NCBI GenBank assembly: GCA_053919585.1
Contig: CM132818.1
DNA: 64,000 nucleotides
Direction: 5' to 3' (one strand)
From: Euprymna scolopes
Taxonomy: Eukaryota
Shown here one piece after another: positions 14,464 through 27,707 of the stretch. Position numbers and translations under genes: made by a program. Under the pieces are notes generated by a model. It saw nothing but the letters and a program-made list of their open reading frames with translations. It did no database searches and was not told the DNA's origin. Each line of letters opens with the position of its first letter. Position 1 is the first letter of the stretch.

Positions 14464-16127
14464 CTTTTAGGAGAGAGAGGAAAAAAAAAACAAAAAACAA
14501 AAACAAAAAACGAATATTGAAAGATTTACAACATAAAAAGTTAGTTTTTAAGATGAAATTGCAAAGCAACCTAATTTTGCATAAAAACTAGTAACTATAG
14601 TAAAGTTCTTTAAATGTGATCTCTTTTTGGAAGGGAAGGGGTATTTTAATTTTTATTAAAATCAAAAAAATTAACCTTTTCTGTTTATAAATGTACACTT
14701 TTCCTTGTTATTTTTCAGCCTACTTTGATATTGGTCAATTTTATTTACCGATTTAAAAAAAAAAGTTTTTCAATTTGGTGCGTCTAAAGATATCAATGTG
14801 TTGAACTTAATATAGGGTTTAGAATTAACTTTCAGAAGAAGGGAAAAATTCATGTTGAAAACCTTGGTGAATTAGCGAAAATTATCTTTTCCTAGAGAAA
14901 AGGTTTTGAATGCGTTGGTATTATTATTATGCTAATAAATCAAGATATCTACTGAACTCCACGTGGCATAACAGTTGCAAAGTAAAATAAACATTTGGTT
15001 TGTTGATTTTATCACCACTTATCAAGGCCAATTGAGTATAGGAGTTCAGGTTAGTATCCATTCGATGTAAGACAACACTGAGAATTTGTAATGTTTTGCA
15101 CTTAAATATTTAGTGTTAATTTTTTCTTTTAAATAGACTGGATACATTTTGTATTAATTTTATTTCGGATTTTTTAAAAATAAGATTTCAAAAGTTAAAT
15201 TTAAATGTAGTCAACATATTGGTTTAGCATCCATTTTACATGCTGGCATGGGGTTGGATGTTATTTGGAAATTGAATTCCAAATTTCTCTGGTCAAGTTT
15301 TTTTAAAGGTCATTTCTGTAATGAAGGCAAGATTTATATGATGGATGCCTTTCCTAACATCAAACTAGTAGGGACCAGAGTTTTTATAACGGTATCATCT
15401 TTAGATCATCAAGACTAAGGAGCACTTGCCCTTTAGTACTGTGTTTTTGTTCTATTTTGCTTTCAAAATCAAAAATGCTAATCAAAGAAACGTCATGCTT
15501 GTTTAAAGTGCAAATCGGTCTTTTACTGATAAAAAAAAAAAAAAAAAAAAAAAAAATTCTTTGGTTTTTCTAAAATCATTTAAAAGAATGACAGGCTGAA
15601 GTATTTGTTCTGGATAGTCCTAGGAGGTTCATCTTCCCAGGTCTTGCCTCCCTCTTCAGTGGAGCAAGTATATTGCTTCCAACCAGAGGCATCCCAACTG
15701 GAGAATGCAGTCGGTGCTGCCTAGGCAATTTTAAGAGTGTTGGCTTCATTCTTTGTACATCTTTCCGCACTAGGAAGGAAGTAAATACCACAAGTTTAAC
15801 AGTCTTTACAACATACAAACCAAGTCAGATTTTATAAGCAGAACAAAGCTGACAGAGTGCATGCTCGGAGAAAAACAAGGTGTGTGTGTGTGTGTTAGGA
15901 GGGGGGGGTCCAAACAAAAGTGAGTAAATAGGTTATCAAATATCATGTAACATCTTTTCGCAGATGAGGAGTGTCCTACTCTGGAGTGACATTAAGACAG
16001 CTACCAGTATGTGTGCAGGTATTAACAGAAAGTTCGCATTAGGTAGATTCCCAAACATTAATCGCTTGATGCGCGTCTTGTTGGTAGTAGTGAATTGCTG
16101 AATTTAATTTGTTTTTTTATTATTACA

Positions 16128-16341
16128 TTTTCACCCCAAATAAGGCACATTGCCACTTTGATGTAGGGGGCTACTATCAGGGACATAAGCTACAGGGGTA
16201 CTATGTAGGGAGTTGGGCAGCAAGATGTCGGTTCACGTTACACTTGAACTTCTGCATGTCAGTACAGTTGGGGAAGCAGGGACCCGGAAAGGAATTCCAA
16301 AGTCTAGTGGTTTTGGGGGAAGAAACTACTGGAGTAGAAGT
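16128..16341 (-). mobile_element. 3' end fragment of the CR1/L2-type LINE family seen at 50.3-51.8 kb
   Basis: Near-identical reverse complement of about 51570-51756 (cagaagttcaagtgtaa...gcccaactccctacatagta...gggtgaaaa). Confidence 0.85.
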
Positions 16342-18189
16342 TTGTATTTAATCGTTACCTGTTCTTGTACTAGCTAAACTAATGGATGCACAGTTTCTAG
16401 TTTGGAGTTGCTCTAATAATCTTTGCAAGTGACTCCCATTGAGAGCTTCTGTTAAGTGCCTCGGATGTAGGGACATTAATTTAGGTGTTAGTTCACCATA
16501 TCTTTTGCTCAGCGTCATGATCATTTGGCGTAGGAATATGTATCCTGTTGAGATGCTCTCCGGTTACATACGAACTACATACTTATATAAGGCCGTCAAC
16601 ACTACCTAGAAGCAAGGTTTTTATTCAAGTCTGCTATCTATTCGGCGCTTTGTCTGACAGGATAGTTTTTCCATGTGGATTATTGTCATCTGCCTTTCCC
16701 AGAAAAGGCACCCTAAAACCTCACACGTGGTGGCAGCGGCAAACATTCAAAAGAATTCAGCCTTCGACGATAATACGTTCTACAAACGAAAAGTCGTACT
16801 CATTGATTAAGGATACGCAAAAGTTTTCTCAAAAATATTAAGTTAAAAATACGAGGATTACAAGTCGCATATATTGCCTGTCGGAAAGTGGAACTTGTAC
16901 CCTGAAAGAATTACGACAAATACATCATAACTTAAGATTTCGAGTTGCTACAAAAACGATGAGACGATTTAAAAAGGGTAATAAATGAACATCGTACTCC
17001 TACAAGTCGTTTCTAACTACGAGTGGAGACAGCTTAAACGCGAGGAGTTAACATGCATCTCCAAGAAGAAAAGAAAAAAAGTATTAAATATATTATATTC
17101 ACTTATGCAAACCAAGCAGTAAAAAGAAAAGAAACACCTTAAAGCCACACACGCATACTGTTACTCGGCTTCCATGGACAGACTGATAACTTCATCTTTG
17201 AAGAACGCAAGTTATGTATATGGCGATAGCTTGCCTGAATGCTTACACTCCAGGAGTATTTTATCCTTTTTACCATGGTTTATGAACCTGGTTTTAGTAG
17301 GTTGCAACTTGCTAGCAGAAGTGAGAGCGCAATGATTAAACAGGCAGTGAGAAGCGGGTTGCTTCTCATGTTCGAGAAGCATATTCCCAAGATCCAGTCG
17401 TGTTAGGAACTTGTCTGCACCAGTGTCAGTTCTTCTGGAAAAGATATTTTACACTTCATTAAAGATTTCCACTTGTTTGCTGATTTCTCAAGCTTGCCGA
17501 GATATTAAAACTCGCATTTTTCTGAGAAGCATTTAAAAGTTGAAATAAACTTGAGTTCAGCATCGAAAATTACTTGGCAGAGAATGCCATCTTTCATAAA
17601 CTTGCAAATAATGGTTGTGTCATCTATTTTTTCCTCCAAAATTTGATCAGTTATCATTCAGCAATCTGACTCTCAAACAAGTCAATACCAATCTTGTCGC
17701 GGTTGATCAGGTATTAAAATTTGTTTCATGAACTCGTTTTGCAAATGGAAATATGCATCTGATGCATATTTCTGATGACATGCTTGGCCAGAAAACATTC
17801 TCTTGCATGCTGTAGACATTTCTCTATGCCCATGTGTGAAGAGTAAATCGTGCACCCAATGTAACTCCAGACTGAATGGAAGGAGTACAGTCAGCCTTAA
17901 AAGTTCCTTCTGGATGTACATTTCATCATGGATGTAGTACAGTGGAAAGGTCTATCTTCGCAGATGGTCAACCCTCCTGTAGTACTGTTTTCCCAGAGTT
18001 AATTGCATACCTTATTTTAGTCTTGCTTTCCAGATTTGCATCAGTCTTTCATCTTGGATAGGAAACTAATATTAAGCTGGAATTTGGTTTGATGATTTTT
18101 TTTAGGTTGTCATATATGACCATGATTTTTTTTCATTGTAGTACACAACATTGCTAGTATATTTCCCTAGTATATTTCCAAGTCTGTAA

Positions 18190-19115
18190 TACGAGGTGCC
18201 TTAAATAAGTTTCCAGACTTTTTCCGTATGGGCATTTTTGATAGTACACACATGAAACTAGTCCCCTTCAAAGTAATCTCCTCTGGTCCAGCTGCAATGC
18301 ACCTGTACTGTTCCAGAAACTTCTGGAAGTCAGCCTCTTTCATCTTGTTTCATAACGACAGCCTCTACGGTTTTCCTTGAGCTTAGGGGATAAAAGTCAC
18401 AGGTTTGGACTATAGGGATGGTGAGGAACTGTCTTGATGCCCATCTTGGTCAAATAGTTTGTAACAAAGATGAAGTTGTGGACTGATGCATTGTCCTGGT
18501 GGAAATGCCACTGACCAGATTTGAAGAATGCTGGCCTCTTCGACGGAATCTTTTCCTGAACTCCATTAAAACCTCAACATAGTATTCTTTGTTGACTGTT
18601 CAGTGGGAACCCAGTGCATGTAGCTCATGTCCGTGCCGTCAAAAGTTTCTGAGTGGATTTGTTCTGTCTTGCCTTGGGTTTGGGAAAGCCAGCATGCTTC
18701 CACTGGGAAATGTCTCTTGATCAAAGCAGTGGATCCAGTTTTCATTGCAGGTCAGAGCATCAAGAACTGGGATCTGAATTGATCAGCTCTACCATATCCA
18801 TGCTGTCAGGACATCTTTCTGATCAACTCTGGGACAAACTTCGCACATATCTTCTGAATCTTCAGTTTCCACACTTATTGTCTATAGACAAACGACGGTC
18901 CTTATCCAGGAGATTGTTTATTCGACCAATCAACTCTGGTGTTCCGACTTCCTTACTCCTCCCCTAGACTCCCTTGAATCTTATGCCCCTCAAAAACTGA
19001 TGCTTGAAAGATAGCCCAAAAGCAGTCTGAAGCATTCCATATGCTTCTGTAGCATTTTTTTTCCAAGTTTAGAGCAGAATTTTATTGTATATCATTCTTC
19101 TACATCCAGATTGTA
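18190..19115 (-). mobile_element. Decayed Tc1/Mariner (mariner-type) transposon
   Basis: Minus-strand remnants IKFCSKLGK.NATEAYGMLQTA (N-terminal HTH) and GQWHFHQDNASVHN (second catalytic D region). TA-flanked TIR-like end tacgaggtgccttaaataagtttccagact. Many frameshifts. Confidence 0.8.
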
Positions 19116-19800
19116 TACAAGTCAATAGTTCCGCATATTTTGTTAATATGTTCATGCTGATCGGATTATCACCATGTCAATATTTTCAGTTCGAACAAAC
19201 TAGAACTTATGAATAGATGAAGCATCAGGTTCAACCATATAGAAATGGTGCAATTTGATGATTGTGTTTGCAAGTTTAGTAATAAATGCTATAGTTATTC
19301 CACATGCATTTCCATCCCTTCACTAGATTTGAAGTAATAATTGAGACTGCTTAGTGACATGTTTACAAAACCTGCAGTGTTCAAATTTTCAACGACTTCA
19401 GTTTTTCAAGACCTTCAAACATAATGAAACTTCAAAACAATTTGATATGATATAAACCAAAAACTTAACCGACAACAGGAAAAGTTATTTTCATTTATTT
19501 ATTTCATGAAGTAGTTTAAAAAAGGTCAGTTATTTACAAGTTCTTTAATGCCTGACAAAACTAATGAACTATTTACAACTTTTGTTAATTCTATGTTTAG
19601 TGCCAGTCATATGATATTTCAAGGCACTTTGATCCATTTTGCTCAAAACAAATGCCTTTTTACATAAACAATATGCCTGTTGACAATTATATTTACATCC
19701 CCTGACCCACTTATATTTAGCCAGCCAAATAGAATTAAATGCTATTTTCCCAATTGTAGATTTGTCTGTGCTGTGTTAGTTTTACATCTAAATTTCCGGT

Positions 19801-19900
19801 ATTGTGGATATAAGAGTTACACCCCTTTATCATGAAACTACCCAATGTGGAAAACATCAAGTAGTTTCATGATAAAGGGAAGTAACTCAATATCCACAAT
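19801..19900. repeat. Long imperfect inverted repeat (about 40-bp arms, 19-nt loop)
   Basis: attgtggatataagagttacacccctttatcatgaaactac ... gtagtttcatgataaagggaagtaactcaatatccacaat. Confidence 0.9.
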
Positions 19901-21787
19901 GATGCAATTTCTGATAAAATTGCATAATTCAATGCAATTTCAGAACAATGTATTTCTATTTTATTTTCAATACTTTAATGGTATTTTTATTATTACTTAA
20001 ATAAAATTAAAATTTATTAAATTATTTTTAATATATTCAGACAAATTTTTACTGGGTATGATTTGCAAGGCTATATTTTCAAAAATTTTTCTATGTAATA
20101 ACAGAAATAAGGCCTTTTCAATGCAAGAAGTCAAAATTCAATTACTTTTCAAGCTTGTGTGAATCCTGTACTGCAATCTTAAGTACGTGAGACATTGTCG
20201 ATTATTCCATTACATTAGTAATACTACTGCCAGCTACCGTCATGTTATTTGCTCTGAGGATGATTGCATCTTTCAAGTTACCAAAGCATGTTTTAACTAC
20301 TAATATACATACTGGCATGTATACAGGTGAAAAAATAAAGTTTTACTTTAATATTAACTACCTATATCTATCAGGGAGTGTTTTTTTTTTTTTTAAAATA
20401 GGATTTTGGGTGGATTAAAATATTACAGAAGAATTCTTAAATTATGAATTGAACCAAATGGTTACAAAACTATTAAAAGTTTTAATCTATATCATTGAAG
20501 GTAGCTTCCAAAATATTTTTTCATTTTACTTAATTATGATTAAAATCCATATTAACGTAGTCTGCCTTCCACTGAAATGGTGCTTTCCTTAAAAGAAAAA
20601 CTAACCAATTCACCAATAAGATTTGCCAGTGAATTTATTGTGAACTATTCTTTATTTTAGGAGTAGCTGATTTGAATGGATTTTTAACCTAAATGGTTAA
20701 AGGTCAACCCATCTCAATGAAACCATGGTATGTCTGAAATAAGTTTTAAATAAATCCATATCTTAGCTTATACTTGCAATCCAGCATTTTACCGATTTCT
20801 TTTCAAATTATTAAAAAGGCAAACTTATGATTCTAATTTAATTTTGTAAATAAATATTTTTCAAAAATAGGATTTAATTTTTTTTATATGCTATTGCATT
20901 TGATTCCAATAAATCAATGATTAATATTTTGATGTTTGATTACATTGAAAATCAGTTTCATGAAGCACCCAAGCGACATAAAAATAGTGAGCATCTTGTG
21001 CCGTTGAGTACACCCTCCAGATATCAAAATATTTAAAAAATTTTTCCTGTGTAAAAGAAATTCTAAAGAAGCACTCCATTTTCTGTCATACCATACCATA
21101 GCATAGCATTCAATGTCAGGGACAGAAAAACAATATATTGGTTTGGTTCTGTGGCACATCAACCCTTTTTAATGCTAAATCAGAACATTTTGATCAGCTT
21201 TTCTACTTCAACTTTATCTTCAAATAACCGATTGATTATCAGTCACCACTTTTCACCATATTTTTTTTTTGGGGGGGGGGGTAATTATTGATAGTTATTA
21301 GTGAGAGTTGGAATAGGAATAATATTGAGTAGGTTGGTTCGGGTTCTGTGATGCTTTGGCCTGATCAGCTGAAGGTTTAGATCATAACTCTACAACCACT
21401 CATCTAGCATAGATGAAGGTCAAAGTAGTGTTGCAGTGGGTGTAACCAGTCCCTTGGTTTATGAACTGCTTAACCACCAGAGTATCAGCCAAATAAGAAT
21501 TATTGGCCCCCATCAGAGAGAAATAAGCGAGCCAGAAATAAAATGCAAACTAAGCCAAAAACAAAAAAAAGTCGATACATATTTTAGTACATTGTAGTTA
21601 GGAGTAAAACATTTCATCACCTGATATTCATAGTTTTATTCAAGTGGTAATAACCTGTAACTTAATTTTCAATTCTATCAAAAGAATACTTTGAATCAGA
21701 ATTCAATTAGGACAAAAAATATTTGACACAAGATGTCTGAATATCAAGACTTCTGTCAAGTCAATGAATATCAAAAGATTCACTTAC

Positions 21788-21940
21788 CCCTGAGAATTCC
21801 ATGTTCAATATCTTGCAAAGTAAAGTTCTGTTTACCAATTTGATAAGCCGAAGTGTGCCAGAATTGTTGCAGATCACGTATCGAATGTGGAAGTTTTGGT
21901 TGGCCGACAATGGCATGGATCGTCAATATGTTAAACAAAT
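21788..21940 (-). CDS. DUF547-family protein, internal exon (follows the U12 intron)
   Basis: 153 nt, phase 1 to 1, GTAAGT donor. (N)LFNILTIHAIVGQPKLPHSIRDLQQFWHTSAYQIGKQNFTLQDIEHGILR has the N.YN-like, Y.IG and L.DIEHGILR DUF547 motifs. It is absent from the ORF track on this strand. Confidence 0.93.
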
Positions 21941-23685
21941 CTTGTCAGTTTTGTCAAGGAAACTTTTCCCAGGTTTAAAAATGACACATCCTAAAACAAT
22001 CTTAGGAACCATTAATACAGAAATCTTAAAAAATAAAAGGAAAATTTTACAAGATGGAGCAATTTTACCTTTGTTAAAATTGTCCATAAGAGTCGTTATA
22101 CATTAATTTCAATGTACTCCAGATTTGTTTACATATTTCCAAAAGTTATCTTAATATCCTAATGAAAAATTAGGATTGGACTTTCATTTTAAAGTCATCC
22201 AAACAACTCAGTTTGGAAAAGTTACATTTCTTTGCACCCACTTTTTGTGCTTATGATTTTCTATTAAATTACATTTTATGCATATATTTAGTGAATATAA
22301 ATAGTGTATACTTTTAAGGCATATTTCTTATAAAATAGAAATGGTTATGAATAGCAAGCTCAATGAAGAACTATTATTGCCTCCAGAACCCCTACTCTCC
22401 AATTGACATTGGCCTGCTTCACCTTTCCATAGCCACACAATGGCTCTTTAGTGTCCGTTAGTTCAAGATTCTTGACAGACACTAAAATGGATAGCATCTA
22501 AATTATCTACCAAATTTTTAAAGTAAAAATTTATACATAAAATCCAACTTGTCTGGTTTTATGACTGAACAGACATTTGGAAGGCTCATCTACATGCTAA
22601 TATATTTGAGACTATTCATGTTCCTTTGTGGCCAGCAGGACTAATGAAGATCAAGCAGGACTAATGAAGATCAAGCAGGACTAATGAAGATCAAGCAGGA
22701 CTAATGAAGATCAAGCAGGACTAATGAAGATCAAGCAGGACTAATGAAGATCAAGCAGGAGTCAATATCAGGATACTTTATTCTCTGGTCATCTTTCAGT
22801 AGAAAGCAAGGAAGCAGGTGCCAGGGTCGTAACTGCAAATCTATGAAGTGAGAATAACGTTGCTTTGGCACATGTGCAACTACCATTCTTGTGCATGTTC
22901 TAAGCTAAAATATTTCCATTTTGTGATCGCTGAGCAGCCTTGTTGCTCTGTATCAAGAGAGGAGTAATCTTGCACATTTAAAGAGTTACAATCAACGAGA
23001 ACTTTGTACTTTGGGGAGATCAGGCAAGCTTGAAGCCAGATCTTCATAGGTTCTGCGCAAAAGGTATATTCAGATAAAAAAAAAAAAAAAACCCTGAAAG
23101 GTCTGATGTTAGATGACAAATACGATCAATAAAGTTCATCCATGCATAGTCTTGCTGTTTCATATACGTTATACCGGCAGCTACATAGTCAATCCAGGTT
23201 TCATTACCTCATTCAGAATGCAGACAGTAATTGTTCAATCTAAGGCTCTCACGGGAAGTGGAGTTTCATGATGTGACAAAAATAACAGCATCAGATTGAA
23301 CATGCATTTTTCTTAGATGCAACCTAATTCGGTCAAAATCTTTCAATTCTTTTTTACCATCCTCCTAGTTTAGAATTCTGAAATTCTATTTGTCCTTTTG
23401 TTAGATTCCAAGGAGAAAAATATGGAGGTTCAAAATTATCAATAAATTATTGCAGAAAAATAGTATTTTCATGAAGACAAAACAGAAAAGTAAAAATGTG
23501 CATAAATAGTTATTACTTTCTAGTTATTTGTTACGTAACAAAACCATAATACAATTTGTTCAATATCATTGTTTACAATAATTTAAACTTTCAATTACTG
23601 GAATAGGATTCAGATTTAAAAACATTCAGTTTATTTGAAACTCATTACACAAAGTTAAATTGTTAATGAAAATCTTCAAGGATAC
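21941..23685 (-). other. U12-type (minor spliceosome) GT-AG intron, 1745 bp
   Basis: 5' splice site GTATCCTT (23685-23678). Branch site TTCCTTGAC (21961-21953) ends 12 nt before the 3' splice junction. No polypyrimidine tract. Splicing restores the AFFIN motif in frame. Confidence 0.9.
22634..22760. repeat. Minisatellite, 20-bp unit x6.3, perfect
   Basis: (AGCAGGACTAATGAAGATCA)n inside the U12 intron. Confidence 0.97.
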
Positions 23686-23843
23686 TAATAAAAAACGCTT
23701 TTTGTTGATCTGTTGATAATTCACAAATGTTGATGTAGGGTAATTGTGACACTTCCTGTTTTAATTTGGTGAATTCACCACTTGTCTTGAGTTTTGTGTA
23801 GTCAACATTCATACCATCTTTGGAGACAAATTTGGTTATTAAA
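23686..23843 (-). CDS. DUF547-family protein, internal exon
   Basis: ttattttccAG acceptor, GTATCCTT donor, 158 nt, phase 2 to 1. LITKFVSKDGMNVDYTKLKTSGEFTKLKQEVSQLPYINICELSTDQQKAFFI has the DG..VDY and AFFI(N) motifs. Confidence 0.92.
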
Positions 23844-24964
23844 CTGGAAAATAAAAAATAAAATATATCAATTGTATATTGCCCCACTCCCACCTTCAGG
23901 ATACATATCAGTAGGCTTATAAGCAATTAACTCCTTGAGTTTGAAAAACTATTTTTATGTGACATCCTCTAAGTTCAGGATTTCATTCTACTGATTAAGA
24001 TGTAAATTTTAAACTTAAACTAATAAGCTTTTACATTTAATAGTTAATTTCATAGCTATAAATAAATTCATTTGCAGTGGAATTCACTTTTTAGTGTGCA
24101 TCATAATATGTCAAAATGTGCACATAAAAAATGCAAAATTTGGAGTTGAGAGGAAAAAAAAAAAATAAATAAATAAATAAAAGATCCCCCCCCACAAACG
24201 AACTTTAAAATTCACTTCCATCAAGCATCTGTATGAACAGTGAAAAGCTGAAAACAATCATAAGCAAGATGAGGATGTTCGCTAAACTCAAACTAATCAG
24301 TTTTATTTATCTTTGTGGCATAAGCATTCACCTTGAGCTGGCTTCTCTCACCTGCAGTGAATCCTGAACAATGGGAGCATCACACAGCAGTCCTGAGTAA
24401 AGTTATGGGAAATGACAAACTAATCAATTCCATCATTGAAAACTGACCACTTGTGCATCTGAGAGCTCATTAAAGTACTTCCCGATATTATCCATGTCCT
24501 CAACTGCTTACCAATATATCTTGTGCCAAAAATAATTCCAATATAGACAATAAGCTGCATACATAAACCAGACAGCACTGCAATAACATGGATGATAAAG
24601 GTTTCTGATTTAGGCATCAAGACAGTCAACATGCCAATAACGGTGTGGCAAAGGCAGTCAAAGGCACTGGTCAACAAATCTTGTCTGCGTTTTTTGACTG
24701 ATTAAGGGTGAATCTGTGCTGAGTCCAGAAATCTCATGGTTTTGCTCAGTCAGGTCAAGTTTGAGATATGACATGTTTTTATATTTTTATTCACATGTAC
24801 GCATATGTGGAGCATTTTAGAATAAGTTGGTGGGGGTAAAATGTTGTATGGAATAAGTTTTTTTACTTATGGACTGGGTTAACTTTTTAAAGCGTTTGAT
24901 CTTTCGTTTAATTTTTTTTTAATTTTAATTTGTTGCATGTGAATCTGTCAATCCTGTTTATTAC

Positions 24965-25685
24965 CATGGCAACGTTCATTGATGCTTTTGCTTTTTGTGT
25001 GCATTATCTTCTGTGTATTTTTGTTTTGCACATGAGATTGCTTCATTCAGAAATAAGGTAGATATCTTCTGCTACATATGTGGAAACTACAGCACTGCTC
25101 CTAATAGGAAACCAGTTACCAGTTTCATAAGGCGTGCTTACTATGCTTATGATAAAGTTTGGGCGCAACACATGGTGTGCAAGGCATGCACTGAGACTGC
25201 GTGGGTGGACCAATGGCAAGAGGAGTCTGAACTTTAGAATTCCCATGGTTTGGGGGGGAGCCAACAAACCATGTCACTGACTGCTACTTTTGCGCTGTTG
25301 ATTTGACTGGGATCAACAGAAAGAACCGGGGCAGCTTCAAGTATCCTGATCTTCAATCAGGACATCCTATAATTCATCGTGATGAAATTCCAGTGCCTAT
25401 CTTCACAGGACTTCTGGACATTAGTGACGAAGATACCTCCAGTTGTTTCTGAGGATGAAAACACATCCATTTCCCCCAAAAGGAGTTGAATGACCTACTT
25501 CGCGACCTCAGCTTGTCAAAGAACAAGGCCAAATTTGGCATCCAAATTGAAGTAAAAATCTAACAGTGCTAGTATTACCTGCAAAAGACAAATACCTCTG
25601 TTTTGAAGAAAAGGACTTGGTGTACTGTGCAGATATTGTGCAACTTTTGCCCAAGCTTGGGGTGCAATAGTACGAACCCAAAATA
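24965..25685 (+). mobile_element. Decayed DNA transposase N-terminus, probably Chapaev3/CMC-like
   Basis: FCYICGNY...RAYYAY..DKVWAQHMVCKAC, IPMVW.EPTNHVTDCYFC, QKELNDLLRDLSLSK and DLVYCADI across frameshifts. The superfamily is assigned from recalled motifs. Confidence 0.65.
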
Positions 25686-26903
25686 AAAAATACACAACTG
25701 ACTCGACATCTCAAGACAGCATCATTTAGAGGTAGCAGTTGTCAGTCTAGAAAGATTAAAGAGAAAACTTTAATCTTTGAGATGTTGATGTACATGCTCA
25801 TGTAAAGCATGACCTCCTCCAGCTCGTCCACTGCAAACGCGTTATTTTAACGTTAACAATAAAGAGAAATACTTAAATGAGACTAACAATTAGTTTGAGC
25901 AAGCTATTATCCTCATTTTCTTTGTTAAAGAGCTGAAAGTAACCACAAGTGACATGGAGATATTTGGTAACAAGTTCAAAATACATGTCTGTGTGGACTT
26001 TAAACCTAGGGTATATTATATACTAGCAGGAATACACGGCAAATAGAGGAAATTCATTTGGACACACCTGCTATACCGTGAGCAACATTGATACACTCAC
26101 CCCTATCCGAATATATAGAGGGGGCATTTAAAAGATACAGTAATCCTACTTAAATGGATAAAAACATGAAAAATGTACCCCCCCCCCAAGAAAAAGTACC
26201 TGCCCACCTCAGATTCTTTGAAAGACTGGATACAAACAGAAGCTATTCTCAGGCTATTGAGCACTTTTTGATGACTATACCACTAAGCGTATTCCTAAAA
26301 GCTGTCTCAGTCTAGAGATATTTCTATTTATGATCCGTTGTAACCTGTTACTTTCAGGTGGTTATCTCAGCACAGTCTAAACTCCAGGATTTTTATGTAT
26401 CCTTGAAAGGTAGGATAGAAAAAAACTTGCAAATAAAGCAAACAGATTAATTCAGTTTTAAATTAAACAATTTGTTAAAAAATAAATAAAAATTAAATAA
26501 CCAGGTGTTGGGGACAACCTGAAAAAGCGAACATTGCAACAACTTTGACACTGCAAATTTATACTTTTAAAAATGGAAGATTCATGCATGCATAGATTGT
26601 AATTGTTAAGAAAGCCTTAAAGACTACACAGCTAAATGATTTTTTTTAATTCAATTAATTTTTGCAGTAATTAATATCAGTTTGAAAGAAAAGGTCCACT
26701 GATGTTGACTCACTGCTACGAATTTGGAAAAGTATCAAGCAGTTGCAATTTAAAAATTGATTTATGTAACCCTCAGTTGATTTCAACCTCCAATAAAATT
26801 TGAAAGAAAAAAGGTTTCATATTCTAATTTAATTAACGCCGATAAAAGAACAAAAAATGCCAAGCAAATAATACAAAGTACAAAATATTTAAAAGAATCT
26901 TTT

Positions 26904-26959
<56 letters not shown>

Positions 26960-27108
26960 TCAAAAGGCGGGTGCGAGCCTCGAAACTAATAGCTAACCCA
27001 ATCGGATATCGTAACATGACATAAATTTTTTGTATTTAATGCATGCGAGAGACGAATGGTGTTCATGCATGCACAGATGTTAAATTCAACACAAGAGAGG
27101 TTACTAAC

Positions 27109-27241
27109 TTCTATACTTTATAGTAGGTGCTCGACCAAGCTCCAATCCCTGTTCCCTCTGTTCTGGAAAACATTTACAGCAAATAACTTCATAAAAAGAA
27201 CAGAACTTCCATGAACAAAGTTTCTTTCCTAGAAATCCCAT
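27109..27241 (-). CDS. Candidate first coding exon of the DUF547 gene
   Basis: ATG-initiated open frame MGFLGKKLCSWKFCSFYEVICCKCFPEQREQGLELGRAPTIKYR ends at a GTTAGT donor, in a relatively CpG-containing region. Its phase 1 end does not match the phase 2 next exon unless the weaker GTATAG donor (27116) or an unidentified small exon is used. Confidence 0.4.
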
Positions 27242-27670
27242 TTGTGAAATGAGATAAGAGTTAGTTTAACCGACTACAATGTCGTCATCTTCAAGTCTAA
27301 CGTAAACAAATCCTTGAGCTGTCTTAAATCAAGACCTAAGTAATTTTCTACCCATTTGACTTAGTTCTTCCAATCCTTGAGACAGCAAGAACCAAAAATC
27401 CTTTTAATCCTTATCCTCGAGTGTCTCCCGAGTACCGTCAGTGTAAAACAAACAAAAATGCGTTGATAGACATTGCATTACTACATATTACCTTTGCTTG
27501 AAAGGGGCAAAACATTCAATTTTTTTAGTTTTCATTTTTGCACTTCCAAATTTCACTACAAATACATAGATAAATGCACAATTATATAGAATGAGCACAA
27601 TTTCTTTTTATATTAGTAGAAACAGTAGATTCAAAGTGAATAAACAAAGTTCACTCTGAGCCTGTCCCCA

Positions 27671-27707
<37 letters not shown>

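Noticed and set aside
17240-18060. Possible decayed large DNA transposase (ASDAYFH-like motif on the minus strand)
   Set aside because: Composition is coding-like, but there is only one weak motif and many stops, so no family can be supported.
26906-26955. Long poly-A/T and poly-C/G runs throughout the window (and poly-K/F ORFs)
   Set aside because: Low-complexity homopolymers. Their lengths may be sequencing-dependent, and the ORFs they create are spurious.
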